Assembly (NCBI GenBank): GCA_048941285.1
Contig: JBHLNS010000013.1
Coordinates: 8,130 to 72,129 of the forward strand
DNA length: 64,000 nt
Direction of reading: 5' to 3'
From: Promethearchaeota archaeon
GTDB taxonomy: Archaea; Asgardarchaeota; Lokiarchaeia; Sigyniarchaeales; SOKP01
Shown: piece after piece, positions 39,535-50,241 of the stretch
Position numbering within the stretch: position 1 is the first letter of the stretch
How the letters are laid out: the number at the start of each line of letters is the position of its first letter
Notes under the pieces: generated by a model
What the model was told of the DNA's origin: nothing
What the model saw: only the letters and a program-made list of their open reading frames with translations
Database searches by the model: none
Position numbers and translations under genes: made by a program

Positions 39535-40677
39535 TCATTTTATATAAGTTTTTAAAAGAGAGCTAGTTAATAATTCTGTTGCTCTAAATATATCTTCTAA
39601 TAAAACCCATTCGTTTATTTTATGAATAACATTTGGATTCCCTGGACCAAATATTACAAAAGGAATTGGGTTGTTAGGATCAACATAATGAGTAGCATCC
39701 GTTGCATATGATAATCCAATATATTTAGAATTAGAAATTCTCTCTAGGTTCTTGATTAAGGGATTATTGATATCCGTTTGTAGAGCAGGATGATCTTTAA
39801 TTATTTCTAATTTTATATTACAATGTTCTGATTTAATTTTAACTAATTTATTAATTAGAATTTCTTGTTTTTGTTCTGGAATTAATCTAAAATCAACTTC
39901 CAGTTCTGAATAATCCGGAACAATATTTATTTTTGTTCCGCCTTTAATTTTGCCAATATTCACTGTAGATCGTCCTAGAATTTTGTTTTCTTTATTATCT
40001 AAACAATCATAAAGTTGAGGTATAATCTTCATGGTAGCTTCTATAGCATTAACACCTTCTTCTGGCATAGAACCATGAGCAGATTTTCCATATATGTTAA
40101 AAACAGCCCAAAGTAACCCTTTTTCTGCTACTCCGATATTTAAATCAGTTGGTTCGGCTATAATTAATAATTCTCCATTATTTAAGATTCCCGTTTTTGC
40201 TAATCTAAGAGAACCTGACATACCTGTTTCTTCATCAGCTGTACCGAGAAAAACTAGCTCAAATTTATCCAATAATTTTTTATTTTTCTTAAGTAATTTC
40301 ATTAAACCTATCAATGAGGTTATTCCTCCTTTCATATCTGCAGAACCCCTACCATATACTTTTCCATCTACTATTTTAGCTGAAAAAGGAGAATAACTCC
40401 ATTTATTTTGTTCACCGACAGGGACCACATCAAAATGCCCAGATAGAAATATTTTTTTCTCTCCAAATCCTATTTTGGATACCAAATTATGAAGTTCTAT
40501 GTCATTTTCTCGATATGAAATTATTTCATTAATAAAACCTTCTTCTTCAAGGAAAACTTCACTAACTAAGAAATCAACTACTTCTTTAGTTTTCCCCGGA
40601 GGATTTTCAGTTGGGATTTGAATTAATCTTTTTAATATATAGATTAGTTTCTCTTTTAATGAATTAGATATAATCAT
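39535..40677 (-). CDS. M20 family metallopeptidase (ArgE/DapE-like)
   Basis: GHFDVVP, GRGSADMKGG, DEE, AEPT, terminal H..NE. Confidence 0.92.
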   Translation of the reverse strand: MIISNSLKEKLIYILKRLIQIPTENPPGKTKEVVDFLVSEVFLEEEGFINEIISYRENDIELHNLVSKIGFGEKKIFLSGHFDVVPVGEQNKWSYSPFSAKIVDGKVYGRGSADMKGGITSLIGLMKLLKKNKKLLDKFELVFLGTADEETGMSGSLRLAKTGILNNGELLIIAEPTDLNIGVAEKGLLWAVFNIYGKSAHGSMPEEGVNAIEATMKIIPQLYDCLDNKENKILGRSTVNIGKIKGGTKINIVPDYSELEVDFRLIPEQKQEILINKLVKIKSEHCNIKLEIIKDHPALQTDINNPLIKNLERISNSKYIGLSYATDATHYVDPNNPIPFVIFGPGNPNVIHKINEWVLLEDIFRATELLTSSLLKTYIK

Positions 40678-40742
40678 ATAAAAAAAATTATGTTGATTAA
40701 AATAAATAATCTATGGATAAAAAAATTAATAAATCTTCAAGG

Positions 40743-41942
40743 CTATACATAATCCACTTCAAATCGCGTTTTAGGAAGCACTTCAGCCCCATTGCCAGTA
40801 ATCAGTGTAGGTGATTCAAGTCTAAGTCCTCCTAACCCCGGACGATTAAACACAATTGCTGCGATTTCAACCATATTTTTTTCAAATGCCATTGAACCCC
40901 ATCCTTTTTGAGGTATTACTACTGGCCAAGATTCATTCCCTATACAGCCAATCCCATGTCCGATACCAAAGAATAAATCATTTTCGTATCCCGCTTTTTC
41001 AGCAACTTTTCTAACTTCTTGATAACACTCTTCAAATGTGTTTCCGGGATACATATTATCAATAAGTGAATAGCACAATTGCTCATAAACTTCATTGAAA
41101 GCCTTTAGTTTTGAAGGACAATCCCCTAGAATGTAATTGTGACTTAAATCTCCAAGATAACACCCATATTCACTATGCAGATCCACTAATAGGGATTCAC
41201 CTTCTTTCACCTTTTTATTTGTTGCCGGTGTACACCCATTAAATGTCCAAGCTGTTCGATATCCTGAACCAATCTCCTGACTTCCCGTAAAGGTCCATTC
41301 ATAACTACTTCCTTCTTTTCTCATAGCTAATGTACCAATACCAGCGATTTCATTTTCGGTAAAGATTTTTCCCTTAGGACGTTCCAGTAAAGTATCTTTC
41401 ACCACCTTTTGCCCAACATCAGTAATTTCTGAAGCTTTACGGAGCATGGCAATCTCTTCTGGTTCTTTGATGAATTGTATTAGTTCAGTTTTATCATTAA
41501 AGTCTACCAATTCACATCCTGGAAAAACAATTTTTAGCAATTCTCCTTCAGTATAATTGAGCATTTGGCCAGTTACACATATATCAACTCCTAATTCTAC
41601 ACCTATTCTTGGTGGAGATTCCTTTGGATTATATAACCCTACTTTTTTTGCTGCTTTTTGTATTTTCTTCTCCCAAAAAAATCCTTTGATAGGCCCCCAA
41701 GCTTCAGTTTTTAACTGACCTTCAGCCTTTACGCGTTCAACATCTAAAAGAACAGTATAAAGAATTGGATCTCCTGCTCCTTCTTTTGGTAAAAAAATAT
41801 AGCTTTTCCAAGGTACAAAACAACCAGAAAGATAAGTTATAGACTTAACACGAGTGAGTATACAAAAATCCAGATTTAATTCTTCCATAGCTGCTTGATA
41901 CTTTTGTATGTGACCTTTCCAATTTATTTTTATTTCACTCAT
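40743..41942 (-). CDS. M24 family (Xaa-Pro peptidase/creatinase-like) protein
   Basis: IKEPEEI, LVD...GD, GHGIG, GGLRLE. Confidence 0.85.
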   Translation of the reverse strand: MSEIKINWKGHIQKYQAAMEELNLDFCILTRVKSITYLSGCFVPWKSYIFLPKEGAGDPILYTVLLDVERVKAEGQLKTEAWGPIKGFFWEKKIQKAAKKVGLYNPKESPPRIGVELGVDICVTGQMLNYTEGELLKIVFPGCELVDFNDKTELIQFIKEPEEIAMLRKASEITDVGQKVVKDTLLERPKGKIFTENEIAGIGTLAMRKEGSSYEWTFTGSQEIGSGYRTAWTFNGCTPATNKKVKEGESLLVDLHSEYGCYLGDLSHNYILGDCPSKLKAFNEVYEQLCYSLIDNMYPGNTFEECYQEVRKVAEKAGYENDLFFGIGHGIGCIGNESWPVVIPQKGWGSMAFEKNMVEIAAIVFNRPGLGGLRLESPTLITGNGAEVLPKTRFEVDYV

Positions 41943-42066
41943 TTAAACCTCAAGATCAATATTTGAATAAATATAATTAACTTTGTTTTTTAAAAATGTT
42001 CTAAAATCATTTTATAAAACGCTTAAAATATAGAAAAATAATAAAATTATAGTATTTAGATAGAAA

Positions 42067-44352
42067 TTATCTATATAAGTCGGCTTTACTTTCTTGAATA
42101 TTCCTTGATTTTGTTATTTCTTTAGCCATATTTTCATATTTTTCAAGAATATCCTTAGGTAAAGTCGAATTAATTTTACCTAAAGCAAAATCAAAATCTT
42201 TTTGTTCTATTCTTTCCAAATTAGTCATTTTTTCTCGAATTGCCTGCATTCCTGCCTCACGACATACGTTTTCTAAGTCTGCTCCACTATATCCCTCTGT
42301 TGTTTGAGCAATATGTTTTAATGAAACATTTTCTGCTAAAGGCATATTTTTAGTATGAACTCTTAATATGGCTTCTCGTTCTTCAATGTTAGGGGCTGTA
42401 ATGTATAAAAGGCGATCCAATCTTCCTGGTCTTAATAATGCTGAATCTACCATATCAGGTCGGTTTGTGCTAGCAATAACAACAATTCCTTTTCTATTTT
42501 CAATTCCATCCATTTCTACTAATATTTGATTTACAATTGAATCTCTCACGGCAGTACTCTCACTTATACCCCTAAAAGAAGAAATTGCATCTATTTCATC
42601 GAAATATATAATTGAAGGGGCTGCCTGTCTAGCTTTTCTAAAAATATTTCTTACTGATTTTTCACTTTCACCAACCCATTTAGAGAATAATTCTGGCCCT
42701 TTTACTGTTATAAAATTAGTTTTTGTTTCTGTAGCAATAGCTTTAGCTAAAAGAGTTTTTCCACATCCAGGAGGTCCGAAAAGGAGTATTCCATTTAAGG
42801 GTCGAACTCCTGCTTTTTCAAATAATTTTGGATATTTTAATGGCCATTCTACTGCTTCTTTTAACTCACTTTTTATTTCTTCTAAACCGCCTACATCATC
42901 CCAGTATATATCAGGAATTTCAACCATGACTTCTCGCATTGCAGAAGGTTCAATCATATTTAGAGCTTGAACAAAATCATTATTTTTTATCTTTATTTCT
43001 TGAATAATTTCGCTTGGGATTGGTTCATCTAAGTTAATCTTTGGTAATATTCTTCTAAGAGAATACATTGCAGCTTCACGACATACAGCCATAATATCTG
43101 CTCCAACGAATCCATGAGTTATATCCGCATAATCATCTAGATTGACATCTTCTTCTATTGGCATTCCTCTCGTATGAATTTGAAATATTTCTTTTCTACC
43201 CTTAGCATTTGGAACACCAAACTCAATCTCACGATCAAATCTGCCTGGTCTTCTAAGAGCTTCATCAATTGCATTAATTCTGTTAGTAGCGCCAACACAA
43301 ATTATTTCTCCCCTACCACGTAGTCCATCCATTAATGACAATAATTGAGAAACAACACGTCTTTCTACTTCTCCCGAAGTATCTACTCGTTTTGGAGCAA
43401 TTGAATCTATTTCATCTATAAAAATTATGGAAGGAGCACTTTCTTCAGCTTCTCTAAATATATCTCGAAGCCTTCCTTCACTTGCTCCATAAAATTTACT
43501 CATTATTTCAGGACCATTTATTGTAATAAAATTGGCATTTGATTCTTGTGAAACAGCCTTCGCCATAAGTGTTTTACCTGTTCCAGAAGGCCCATGAAAT
43601 AAGACTCCCTTGGGGGGATCTATATTCAACCGATGAAATAATTCAGGGTGTTTTAAGGGCAATTCAACCATCTCTCTAATTCTTTGAATTTCATCCGTTA
43701 AACCGCCAACATCATCGTAAGTAACAACTCCTCCAGAAATGTTAAGAACAGCTACTCTCTTATTAACTTTTATGACAGTTTCACGAGTGATCTTTACCAC
43801 TTTATCTGAAGGTTTTAAATTTTCGACGATCAATCTTAAAGTCCCTAAAGTCGGCCTCTTTTTAGCTCCAAAGGGAAGCATTTTCATAATCTCAGACATT
43901 GGATTATCATTATCATCTCTTTGAACAAAAGTTCCTAAAACATCAACAATATCACCTATTACTACTGGTTTATCAATCAATTTTCCCTTTATTGCTTCCG
44001 CTTGTCTTTTTAAATCAATATTAGGACGAGTAGGAGTTAATTCAATCTCAACAGCAGGGTAGACGTCTGCAAGTTTTATTGTAACATATTCTCCTATTGT
44101 TGCCCCAGCATTTAATCTTTGAAGTCCATCAAGTCTAATAATCCCCTTTCCTCTGTCTGAACCCGATGAAACTGCAATACCCGTAGTTTTTTTCTTCCCT
44201 CTAATCTCAATAATATCTCCTGTGTTTAATCCTAATGCTGACATTATATCTTGATCTATGTAGCAAAGAGAGCGCCCACTTCGACTTTTATCTAGCCTCT
44301 CAATTCTGAGCTTAGAGTTCTTATTCACATTCTTTGGTTGCGACATTTTCAC
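42067..44352 (-). CDS. cdc48: Cdc48/p97 AAA+ ATPase
   Basis: N-domain plus two AAA modules ([24 protein letters not shown]); C-terminal LYR HbYX-like tail. Confidence 0.95.
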   Translation of the reverse strand: MKMSQPKNVNKNSKLRIERLDKSRSGRSLCYIDQDIMSALGLNTGDIIEIRGKKKTTGIAVSSGSDRGKGIIRLDGLQRLNAGATIGEYVTIKLADVYPAVEIELTPTRPNIDLKRQAEAIKGKLIDKPVVIGDIVDVLGTFVQRDDNDNPMSEIMKMLPFGAKKRPTLGTLRLIVENLKPSDKVVKITRETVIKVNKRVAVLNISGGVVTYDDVGGLTDEIQRIREMVELPLKHPELFHRLNIDPPKGVLFHGPSGTGKTLMAKAVSQESNANFITINGPEIMSKFYGASEGRLRDIFREAEESAPSIIFIDEIDSIAPKRVDTSGEVERRVVSQLLSLMDGLRGRGEIICVGATNRINAIDEALRRPGRFDREIEFGVPNAKGRKEIFQIHTRGMPIEEDVNLDDYADITHGFVGADIMAVCREAAMYSLRRILPKINLDEPIPSEIIQEIKIKNNDFVQALNMIEPSAMREVMVEIPDIYWDDVGGLEEIKSELKEAVEWPLKYPKLFEKAGVRPLNGILLFGPPGCGKTLLAKAIATETKTNFITVKGPELFSKWVGESEKSVRNIFRKARQAAPSIIYFDEIDAISSFRGISESTAVRDSIVNQILVEMDGIENRKGIVVIASTNRPDMVDSALLRPGRLDRLLYITAPNIEEREAILRVHTKNMPLAENVSLKHIAQTTEGYSGADLENVCREAGMQAIREKMTNLERIEQKDFDFALGKINSTLPKDILEKYENMAKEITKSRNIQESKADLYR

Positions 44353-44460
44353 TATTCAAGAAATTTATCAAATTTTTGAAAATATAATTATCATGTAAAA
44401 AAAGTAATAGTGTTTTATTTTCTTTTTCTTTAATTTTTATAAATATCAGCAAAACACTTT

Positions 44461-45267
44461 TCAAGAAATTTTAAATTTTAGAATTTTTTCTAAATAGCTC
44501 TTAAAACTTTTTAAGATTTCTGCTTCACTGAGTGCTTTATTTTTATTTTTTTTTATAAAATTTTTTCTTAATTTAAAAATCTTCTTTTTAAGAGGAAATA
44601 AATCGGGATTAAGTACAAGCTTTCCAACATAAGTTCGAGTAATTTTGTCTAGATTTTCATTATATTTATTGTAACTAAAACTGTATTTCTCTATTATAGG
44701 GCTTTGTTTCATATTCATTATATTATTTTCTAATTTAGCTAGAAAATCCCTTACTACTATGTCTAGATCAATTTGAGAGAGATCATAAGTAACAATAGGA
44801 TTGTCCCAATTATACCTATTAAATTCATCAAATTTATCTTGAATTTTATTGATAACCTCTTTAGGGATAGGTTCACCTCTTTTTTCATTCCATTTCAGAC
44901 AAATTTCAATTGGAGTTGCTATATGAATGATATAAAAATTGAGATCAAGAGCATCAGCAATTTCTTTTAAATCATGCCTCATACTCGAATAATAATTTAA
45001 ATCATCAGCAATTACAATTTTTCCTTGTTCCAACGCACTCCTAATAATTTCTAAATTCCTATTTCTCACAATATGTTCTTTTTCGTATTCAAATTGATTT
45101 GAGGTTAAGTTTTTTCTTATTATGTCCGGATCAATAATCTCAACTTTTAAATCCTTAAATATTTTCTTGAGGGAGATTCTCAACTTATTAGCAAATACAG
45201 TTTTGCCGGAAGCGGGTAAACCTGCTAAACAGATTAAAAAATTTTTATTATTCAAAGACTTATTCAA
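44461..45267 (-). CDS. pstK: O-phosphoseryl-tRNA(Sec) kinase
   Basis: GLPASGKT, D.IR, DDLNYYSSMRHDL, R.EPIPKEVI, YNWDNP; resembles MJ1538-type PSTK. Confidence 0.82.
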   Translation of the reverse strand: MNKSLNNKNFLICLAGLPASGKTVFANKLRISLKKIFKDLKVEIIDPDIIRKNLTSNQFEYEKEHIVRNRNLEIIRSALEQGKIVIADDLNYYSSMRHDLKEIADALDLNFYIIHIATPIEICLKWNEKRGEPIPKEVINKIQDKFDEFNRYNWDNPIVTYDLSQIDLDIVVRDFLAKLENNIMNMKQSPIIEKYSFSYNKYNENLDKITRTYVGKLVLNPDLFPLKKKIFKLRKNFIKKNKNKALSEAEILKSFKSYLEKILKFKIS

Positions 45268-45543
45268 CTAATTTATATTAAAACTTATATTTTTTATTAG
45301 TTCTCGTTTTTCTTGTCTTGAAAAAGATTTGATTTGCAATTCTCGTCTCATAGCTTCCTTTCTAGTTTGATAAGTTTCAAAGTATTTTAATTCAATGAGT
45401 TCTTTGCCACGACAAAATTTAGCACCAGTTCCACTCCGATGTTCTTTCCATCTCCTATAGAGATTGTTAGTGTAACCGGTATAATATCTTTTCTTTCCAT
45501 TCTTAGCCATAACTTCTATAATATATACATAAAATACAGCCAT
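45268..45543 (-). CDS. GIY-YIG nuclease (UPF0213)
   Basis: YVYI..YTGYTNN..R..EH..G.GAKF..AMRRE..IK. Confidence 0.9.
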   Translation of the reverse strand: MAVFYVYIIEVMAKNGKKRYYTGYTNNLYRRWKEHRSGTGAKFCRGKELIELKYFETYQTRKEAMRRELQIKSFSRQEKRELIKNISFNIN

Positions 45544-45748
45544 TCCATATCCTCTAAGTGACTGATCAACGTTGTATTATTTAATTTTTTAGTTAATCCT
45601 TCTAAGTCCCATTTAATTTTACACTCATGCGGTCAAATATATATATTACGATATCATAATTGATTAATTAAGTAAATAAACATTATATTTTTAATAATAA
45701 ACGATTATTAAATTATTAAGAAAATAATTAATCGCTGAAATAGATACA

Positions 45749-46384
45749 ATGCCAAATGGTATCTTTTTAATTCGTTGGGATGAGGTTGAAGGAGGTATTA
45801 TTTATTTAAAGTTCCCTGAAGACCTAGAGATTCCAAATCCTGTAGTACAACAAATAACAATATCTCATAATTTTACAGAGTCTTATATAATTACAGAAGA
45901 AAAAAATTGGAATTCAGTTTCATATTATAATGAAAATAAAGAAATCATAATAGTTTTAGTGTTAAGCAAATTTGATGATGGTAATGATTATTTAGAAATT
46001 CTCGAGAAGTTCAATAGAGAGATCGATAAACTAACAGAAGAAGAAAAGTTAAAAGAGAATTTAGAGGCGATGTTTCATATCAGTTTAGATGCCTTCCGTA
46101 CCACTGATGAAGTAATAACAAAATTAAGCAACGAGGTTGCCCTCCTAAAGACAAGAGAATATGATTATGCAATAAAATTCGATTTCATTACAAAAACAAA
46201 TCACTTGCCTGTAAAAAGTAAGATTTTATTTTTGTTAGCAATTAAAGATTTTGTAAAGTTTGAAGATTTTGATAAGGTGATAAAGACAAAGAAGCAATGG
46301 TTATTAAGTGTTCTTGAAACACTTGTAAAAAATGATGTTATAGGATATAACCCTGAGAATCAATCTTATTATTTGAGAGTATGA
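45749..46384 (+). CDS. uDENN/longin-like N-domain plus winged-helix-like C-terminus
   Basis: FLIRWDEVEGG...FP start; helical linker; IL..L...L..L..NDVI..Y wHTH-like end. Confidence 0.55.
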   Translation: MPNGIFLIRWDEVEGGIIYLKFPEDLEIPNPVVQQITISHNFTESYIITEEKNWNSVSYYNENKEIIIVLVLSKFDDGNDYLEILEKFNREIDKLTEEEKLKENLEAMFHISLDAFRTTDEVITKLSNEVALLKTREYDYAIKFDFITKTNHLPVKSKILFLLAIKDFVKFEDFDKVIKTKKQWLLSVLETLVKNDVIGYNPENQSYYLRV

Positions 46385-46659
46385 AGATATCTAGGATAAA
46401 AATTAAAGTATTTGGTAACGTTCAAGGCGTTTTTTTTCGCTATACTACTAGGAAAATTGCTCGAACATTAGGACTGAATGGATATGTTAAAAATATGTCT
46501 GATGGGACAGTCTATATTGAAGCTGAAGGGCCTCAAGACAAACTATTTGAACTATTAGAATTTTCTAAACAAGGCCCTAAACACGCTCAAGTTGAAAAAG
46601 TTGAACATGAATTATTGCCTCCTAACAATGAATTTAATGGGTTTGATTATCAACTTTAG
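46381..46659 (+). CDS. acyP: Acylphosphatase
   Basis: GNVQGVFFR, GYVKN..DGTV, GP. Confidence 0.95.
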   Translation: MKISRIKIKVFGNVQGVFFRYTTRKIARTLGLNGYVKNMSDGTVYIEAEGPQDKLFELLEFSKQGPKHAQVEKVEHELLPPNNEFNGFDYQL

Positions 46660-46749
46660 CCTAACTTTTGAAAAAAAAATTAGGTTTTCATTTATGATAT
46701 TACCCCCGTATTACTTCTTTTCAAAAACTTCCTTCATCTTTAATAATTT

Positions 46750-47088
46750 ATGTCGGTTCCTGTAAAAAAATATGAACATCTAAAATTATTTCGATCATTA
46801 CAACATAACCAGATCAAATATCAAACACCTTTAATATTAAGGATGTTTGGGGTATTGAATAAAGTAAATATGAGAAATGAAAATAGATATATTTTATGCA
46901 ATTTCCTTGATCAATATAGCGATAGTATTGGATTAAAAGAAGATATTTATAAATTAAGCAATCAGGTTACCCTCAATCAGTTATTTCTTTTTGCTATTAC
47001 TAAAGCTAAAGAAAAAAAGCTAATTAATATATTATATAATGAATATCTTAATTCTATTAATGCAATTAGCAAAAAGAAAGCAATTTAA
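46750..47088 (+). CDS. Hypothetical protein
   Basis: 112-aa ORF in gene-like position. Confidence 0.6.
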   Translation: MSVPVKKYEHLKLFRSLQHNQIKYQTPLILRMFGVLNKVNMRNENRYILCNFLDQYSDSIGLKEDIYKLSNQVTLNQLFLFAITKAKEKKLINILYNEYLNSINAISKKKAI

Positions 47089-47143
47089 ATTGATATAATA
47101 TTTAACATTTGGACATTTAAATATGAAAAAGATAAAAAATAGA

Positions 47144-47839
47144 TTAAATAAAAGTGATATCTTGATATTCTGAATCTCCAATATCTTTCTTTGCGACTCC
47201 TAATTCTCTAACTTGCTGATTTAACTTTAAGACGGCATCTCTAACAATTTCTTTTTGTTTTGCCCCTGTACACACAATTCTTCCAGTTGAGAAAATTAAG
47301 AACACAGTTTTAGGATCTTGCATCCTATAAATTAAACCAGGAAATACTTCTGGTTCATACATAGCATATTCCATAACAATTGCTGCCATATTTAGATCAA
47401 TATTTGTATGGAGATCACCTGAAGCTACAATGTTTTGAATGGTAATTTCTGGATTAGCAAGCTTTATTCCTGCTTTCCTAATATTTTTAACAACCTTATC
47501 AACAACTCTTTCTGCTTCTGCTGCTTGTCTAAGACCAGTAACTACCATCTTTCCAGTAGAAAATATTAAAATCGTAGCACGAGGTTTTTCAATTCGCATT
47601 ACAAGGCCGGGAAAACGTTCTGGGTTATATTCTACTTCTGCATGACGCCGTGCAATTTGATTTAAATCTATTTTTTCCGTTATTTCTACTGTGACTGTTG
47701 CGACGACATTTTCTATTTTATAATCTAAATCTGTCTCATAGTCGTATTCACCTTCCTCGCCTTCCTCTTCAAATTCTTCTTCTTCTTCCTCGTCTTCTTC
47801 AAATTCGTCAAAATCATCTTCAAAATCTTCGTCTGACAT
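47144..47839 (-). CDS. tbp: TATA-box binding protein with acidic N-terminal extension
   Basis: Two repeats: IENVVA..YNPERFPGL..LIFSTGK and IQNIVAS..YEPEVFPGL..LIFSTGR. Confidence 0.97.
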   Translation of the reverse strand: MSDEDFEDDFDEFEEDEEEEEEFEEEGEEGEYDYETDLDYKIENVVATVTVEITEKIDLNQIARRHAEVEYNPERFPGLVMRIEKPRATILIFSTGKMVVTGLRQAAEAERVVDKVVKNIRKAGIKLANPEITIQNIVASGDLHTNIDLNMAAIVMEYAMYEPEVFPGLIYRMQDPKTVFLIFSTGRIVCTGAKQKEIVRDAVLKLNQQVRELGVAKKDIGDSEYQDITFI

Positions 47840-48040
47840 AATAAATTTAAGTGATAATTGTGATTTTAATTTATTAAAACAATAAAATTCTATATTGCTA
47901 GGTTTTTTTGTTAATTTTATTTAAATATATCCTCCTTTATAAAGGTGGTAGATTTAAAAAAGATTAGTGCTAAAACCACTAAATTTTGATAGTCATTAAA
48001 TATTTTTTACAAAAATTAATAAAGAAAAGAAATTTTCACC

Positions 48041-48562
48041 TTAAGAATATTCTGAGATCTTTTCTAAGATTTGTTTTGCTAATTTTATAAAAGCTTCTTC
48101 GACATTTTGACCAGTCTTAGCTGAAGTAATAATCAACCCCATATTATTCATATTCGCATATTCAGCTGATTTATTTTCATCTATTTTAATTTGATTTGTC
48201 AAATCAGATTTATTTCCAATTAATATTATTGGAGCATCATCCCTAGCTTCTCTAAAACTTTGTACCCAATCATCAAGTTTTTCAAAACTTTTCTGGCTAG
48301 TCATATCATAAACTAGAAGTGCACCATTGGCGCCTTCCAAATAGAGTTTTCTGAGGGATTTAAACGATTCTTGCCCTCCTAAATCCCAAATCTGTGCAGA
48401 AACGAAGCCAAATGAATTTAATTCCATATCTTTTTTTAAAAGGTTAACTCCTAAGGTTGATTTGTAATTTTCCCTGAATTTATCCTCAATAAACCTATAA
48501 ACAAGTGAAGTTTTCCCTACGTTTGCTTCTCCAAGCAAAACTATTTTTAAAATATATGACAT
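48041..48562 (-). CDS. Rab-like small GTPase
   Basis: GEANVGKT, WDLGGQE, GNKSD, TSAK. Confidence 0.95.
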   Translation of the reverse strand: MSYILKIVLLGEANVGKTSLVYRFIEDKFRENYKSTLGVNLLKKDMELNSFGFVSAQIWDLGGQESFKSLRKLYLEGANGALLVYDMTSQKSFEKLDDWVQSFREARDDAPIILIGNKSDLTNQIKIDENKSAEYANMNNMGLIITSAKTGQNVEEAFIKLAKQILEKISEYS

Positions 48563-48730
48563 TTACCATCACAGAGTAATAGACTTAGTAATTTATATTA
48601 TATTCAAAGTATAGTTTGCACTTATTAATAATTTTCTAATTACACTTTAAAATTGTTAATAGAACTTTACTAATCTTAAAATCATTTTCTTAAAAAAAGG
48701 AAATACAAAAAAAATTGAGTTGTACTTATT

Positions 48731-49210
48731 TTAATCTTTTTGAAATACTATCATAAACTCGCAAAAATTCTCACCTGTCTGTAAACTACATCCGAGTTCT
48801 TGAGCAAAGCAATGACGATCACTTAATTTCTCTACAATACCTGCTAACAAGCCAGCTTCAAATGAACAAAAACTTCCTGTTGTTTTAATCCCTTTTTTGA
48901 TTAAATCTTTTATAGATGAATGGTCCTTTAATTTTAATTGTACTATCTCTTCGGTACTTTCAGTAATTTCAACGTTTCCAAGATTAAACTCATTTATAAT
49001 TCGCTTTATTTCATCCGGAATTTGAGCTACATCCTTAACGGGTTTAATTTTCAATATTGTCCCTAATTCATGACCTAGATAGTAAAATATTGCCTCTAGT
49101 TGATGTCCTAGAGCTAACAACGCACCAACTTTCATATCTCCGATATCTCTACCCTCTCTTAAATTTTTTTTCATTTGAGCGAGAATTTTGGAGAGTAATT
49201 GTCTATCCAT
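48731..49210 (-). CDS. V4R domain protein (Bet3/TRAPP-related fold)
   Basis: YYLG..LG, FCSFEAGLLAG, ELGC...G...CEF. Confidence 0.85.
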   Translation of the reverse strand: MDRQLLSKILAQMKKNLREGRDIGDMKVGALLALGHQLEAIFYYLGHELGTILKIKPVKDVAQIPDEIKRIINEFNLGNVEITESTEEIVQLKLKDHSSIKDLIKKGIKTTGSFCSFEAGLLAGIVEKLSDRHCFAQELGCSLQTGENFCEFMIVFQKD

Positions 49211-49260
49211 TAAATTTCACTTCTTTTTTTATTTTTATTTTATACTTTTTTTATCTAGAT

Positions 49261-49560
49261 TTATATTTTAACTGAAGATATAAACGCATAAAGAATCGCA
49301 TCGATAATTTCTTCCTCCTGTATATTTACTGATAATCTCTTATCTGCTATAATTAACGTGGGAACTGATGTAATATGATACTCTTGTGTTAACCGACGAT
49401 TTTCTTCCAAATCAATTGAAATTTTTTCAATTCTTAATTTTTTTCCAAATAGCGAAATATTTATTCTTTTTAGCTTTTCTTCCACTGGAAGGCAGGGTGC
49501 ACAATGATTTGATGAGAAAAATAAAATCTTTGGATATCCTTGGTTGATATCTTCATACAT
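49261..49560 (-). CDS. Thioredoxin-like protein
   Basis: CAPC and ITSVPTL. Confidence 0.85.
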   Translation of the reverse strand: MYEDINQGYPKILFFSSNHCAPCLPVEEKLKRINISLFGKKLRIEKISIDLEENRRLTQEYHITSVPTLIIADKRLSVNIQEEEIIDAILYAFISSVKI

Positions 49561-49563
49561 TTT

Positions 49564-50103
49564 CTAATCTTCTTTATATTTGTAATATAATTCTTTTATA
49601 ATTGCTTGGAATGCTTGATAAACGCCACTTCCAGTTTTAGCAGATGTTTTGTAATAACCAAGAAAATTACGGTTTTCAACTATCTCATTTACAGCATCAT
49701 TATCTAAATCCTTTTCAGCAATTAAGTCTGTTTTATTCCCAAACAATACAATTGGGAGATCTCCAGTATACTTTTTAATATCTTCATGCCAATTAGCTAT
49801 ATTTTTAAAACTTTCTTCATCAGTATGGGAGAATACTATGATTGCAGCTTTGCTACCCTTATAAAAGGTGGGACGCATGAAATCAAATTCCCGTTGACCA
49901 GCAATATCCCAGAAGAATAATTTACAATTATCTCCCTCGATTTCTTCATCATATTTTGAAAATTGAGCTCCTAGGGTTTTAATATAATCTTTTTGGAAAC
50001 TACCTTGAGTATATTTCTTAATTAGGGAGGTTTTCCCTACAGCACCATCTCCTATTACGGTAATTTTAAAAACGAATCCTTTAGATACATCTTCTTTTCC
50101 CAT
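49564..50103 (-). CDS. Rab-like small GTPase
   Basis: GDGAVGKT, WDIAGQ, GNKTD, TSAK. Confidence 0.95.
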   Translation of the reverse strand: MGKEDVSKGFVFKITVIGDGAVGKTSLIKKYTQGSFQKDYIKTLGAQFSKYDEEIEGDNCKLFFWDIAGQREFDFMRPTFYKGSKAAIIVFSHTDEESFKNIANWHEDIKKYTGDLPIVLFGNKTDLIAEKDLDNDAVNEIVENRNFLGYYKTSAKTGSGVYQAFQAIIKELYYKYKED

Positions 50104-50241
50104 TTAAATCACTTCGTTGAATTATTTCCTTTAAATCTGTTATTATGTAATATAATTCAAAAGTATACGATATTATTTTTTAATTTATTTTTATTTGTTA
50201 TTATTTTATATTAATAATAACTACTCGTAATAAATATTTAC

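Noticed and set aside
45268-45543. Homing endonuclease or mobile element
   Set aside because: Stand-alone UPF0213-type GIY-YIG without intron, terminal repeats or transposase
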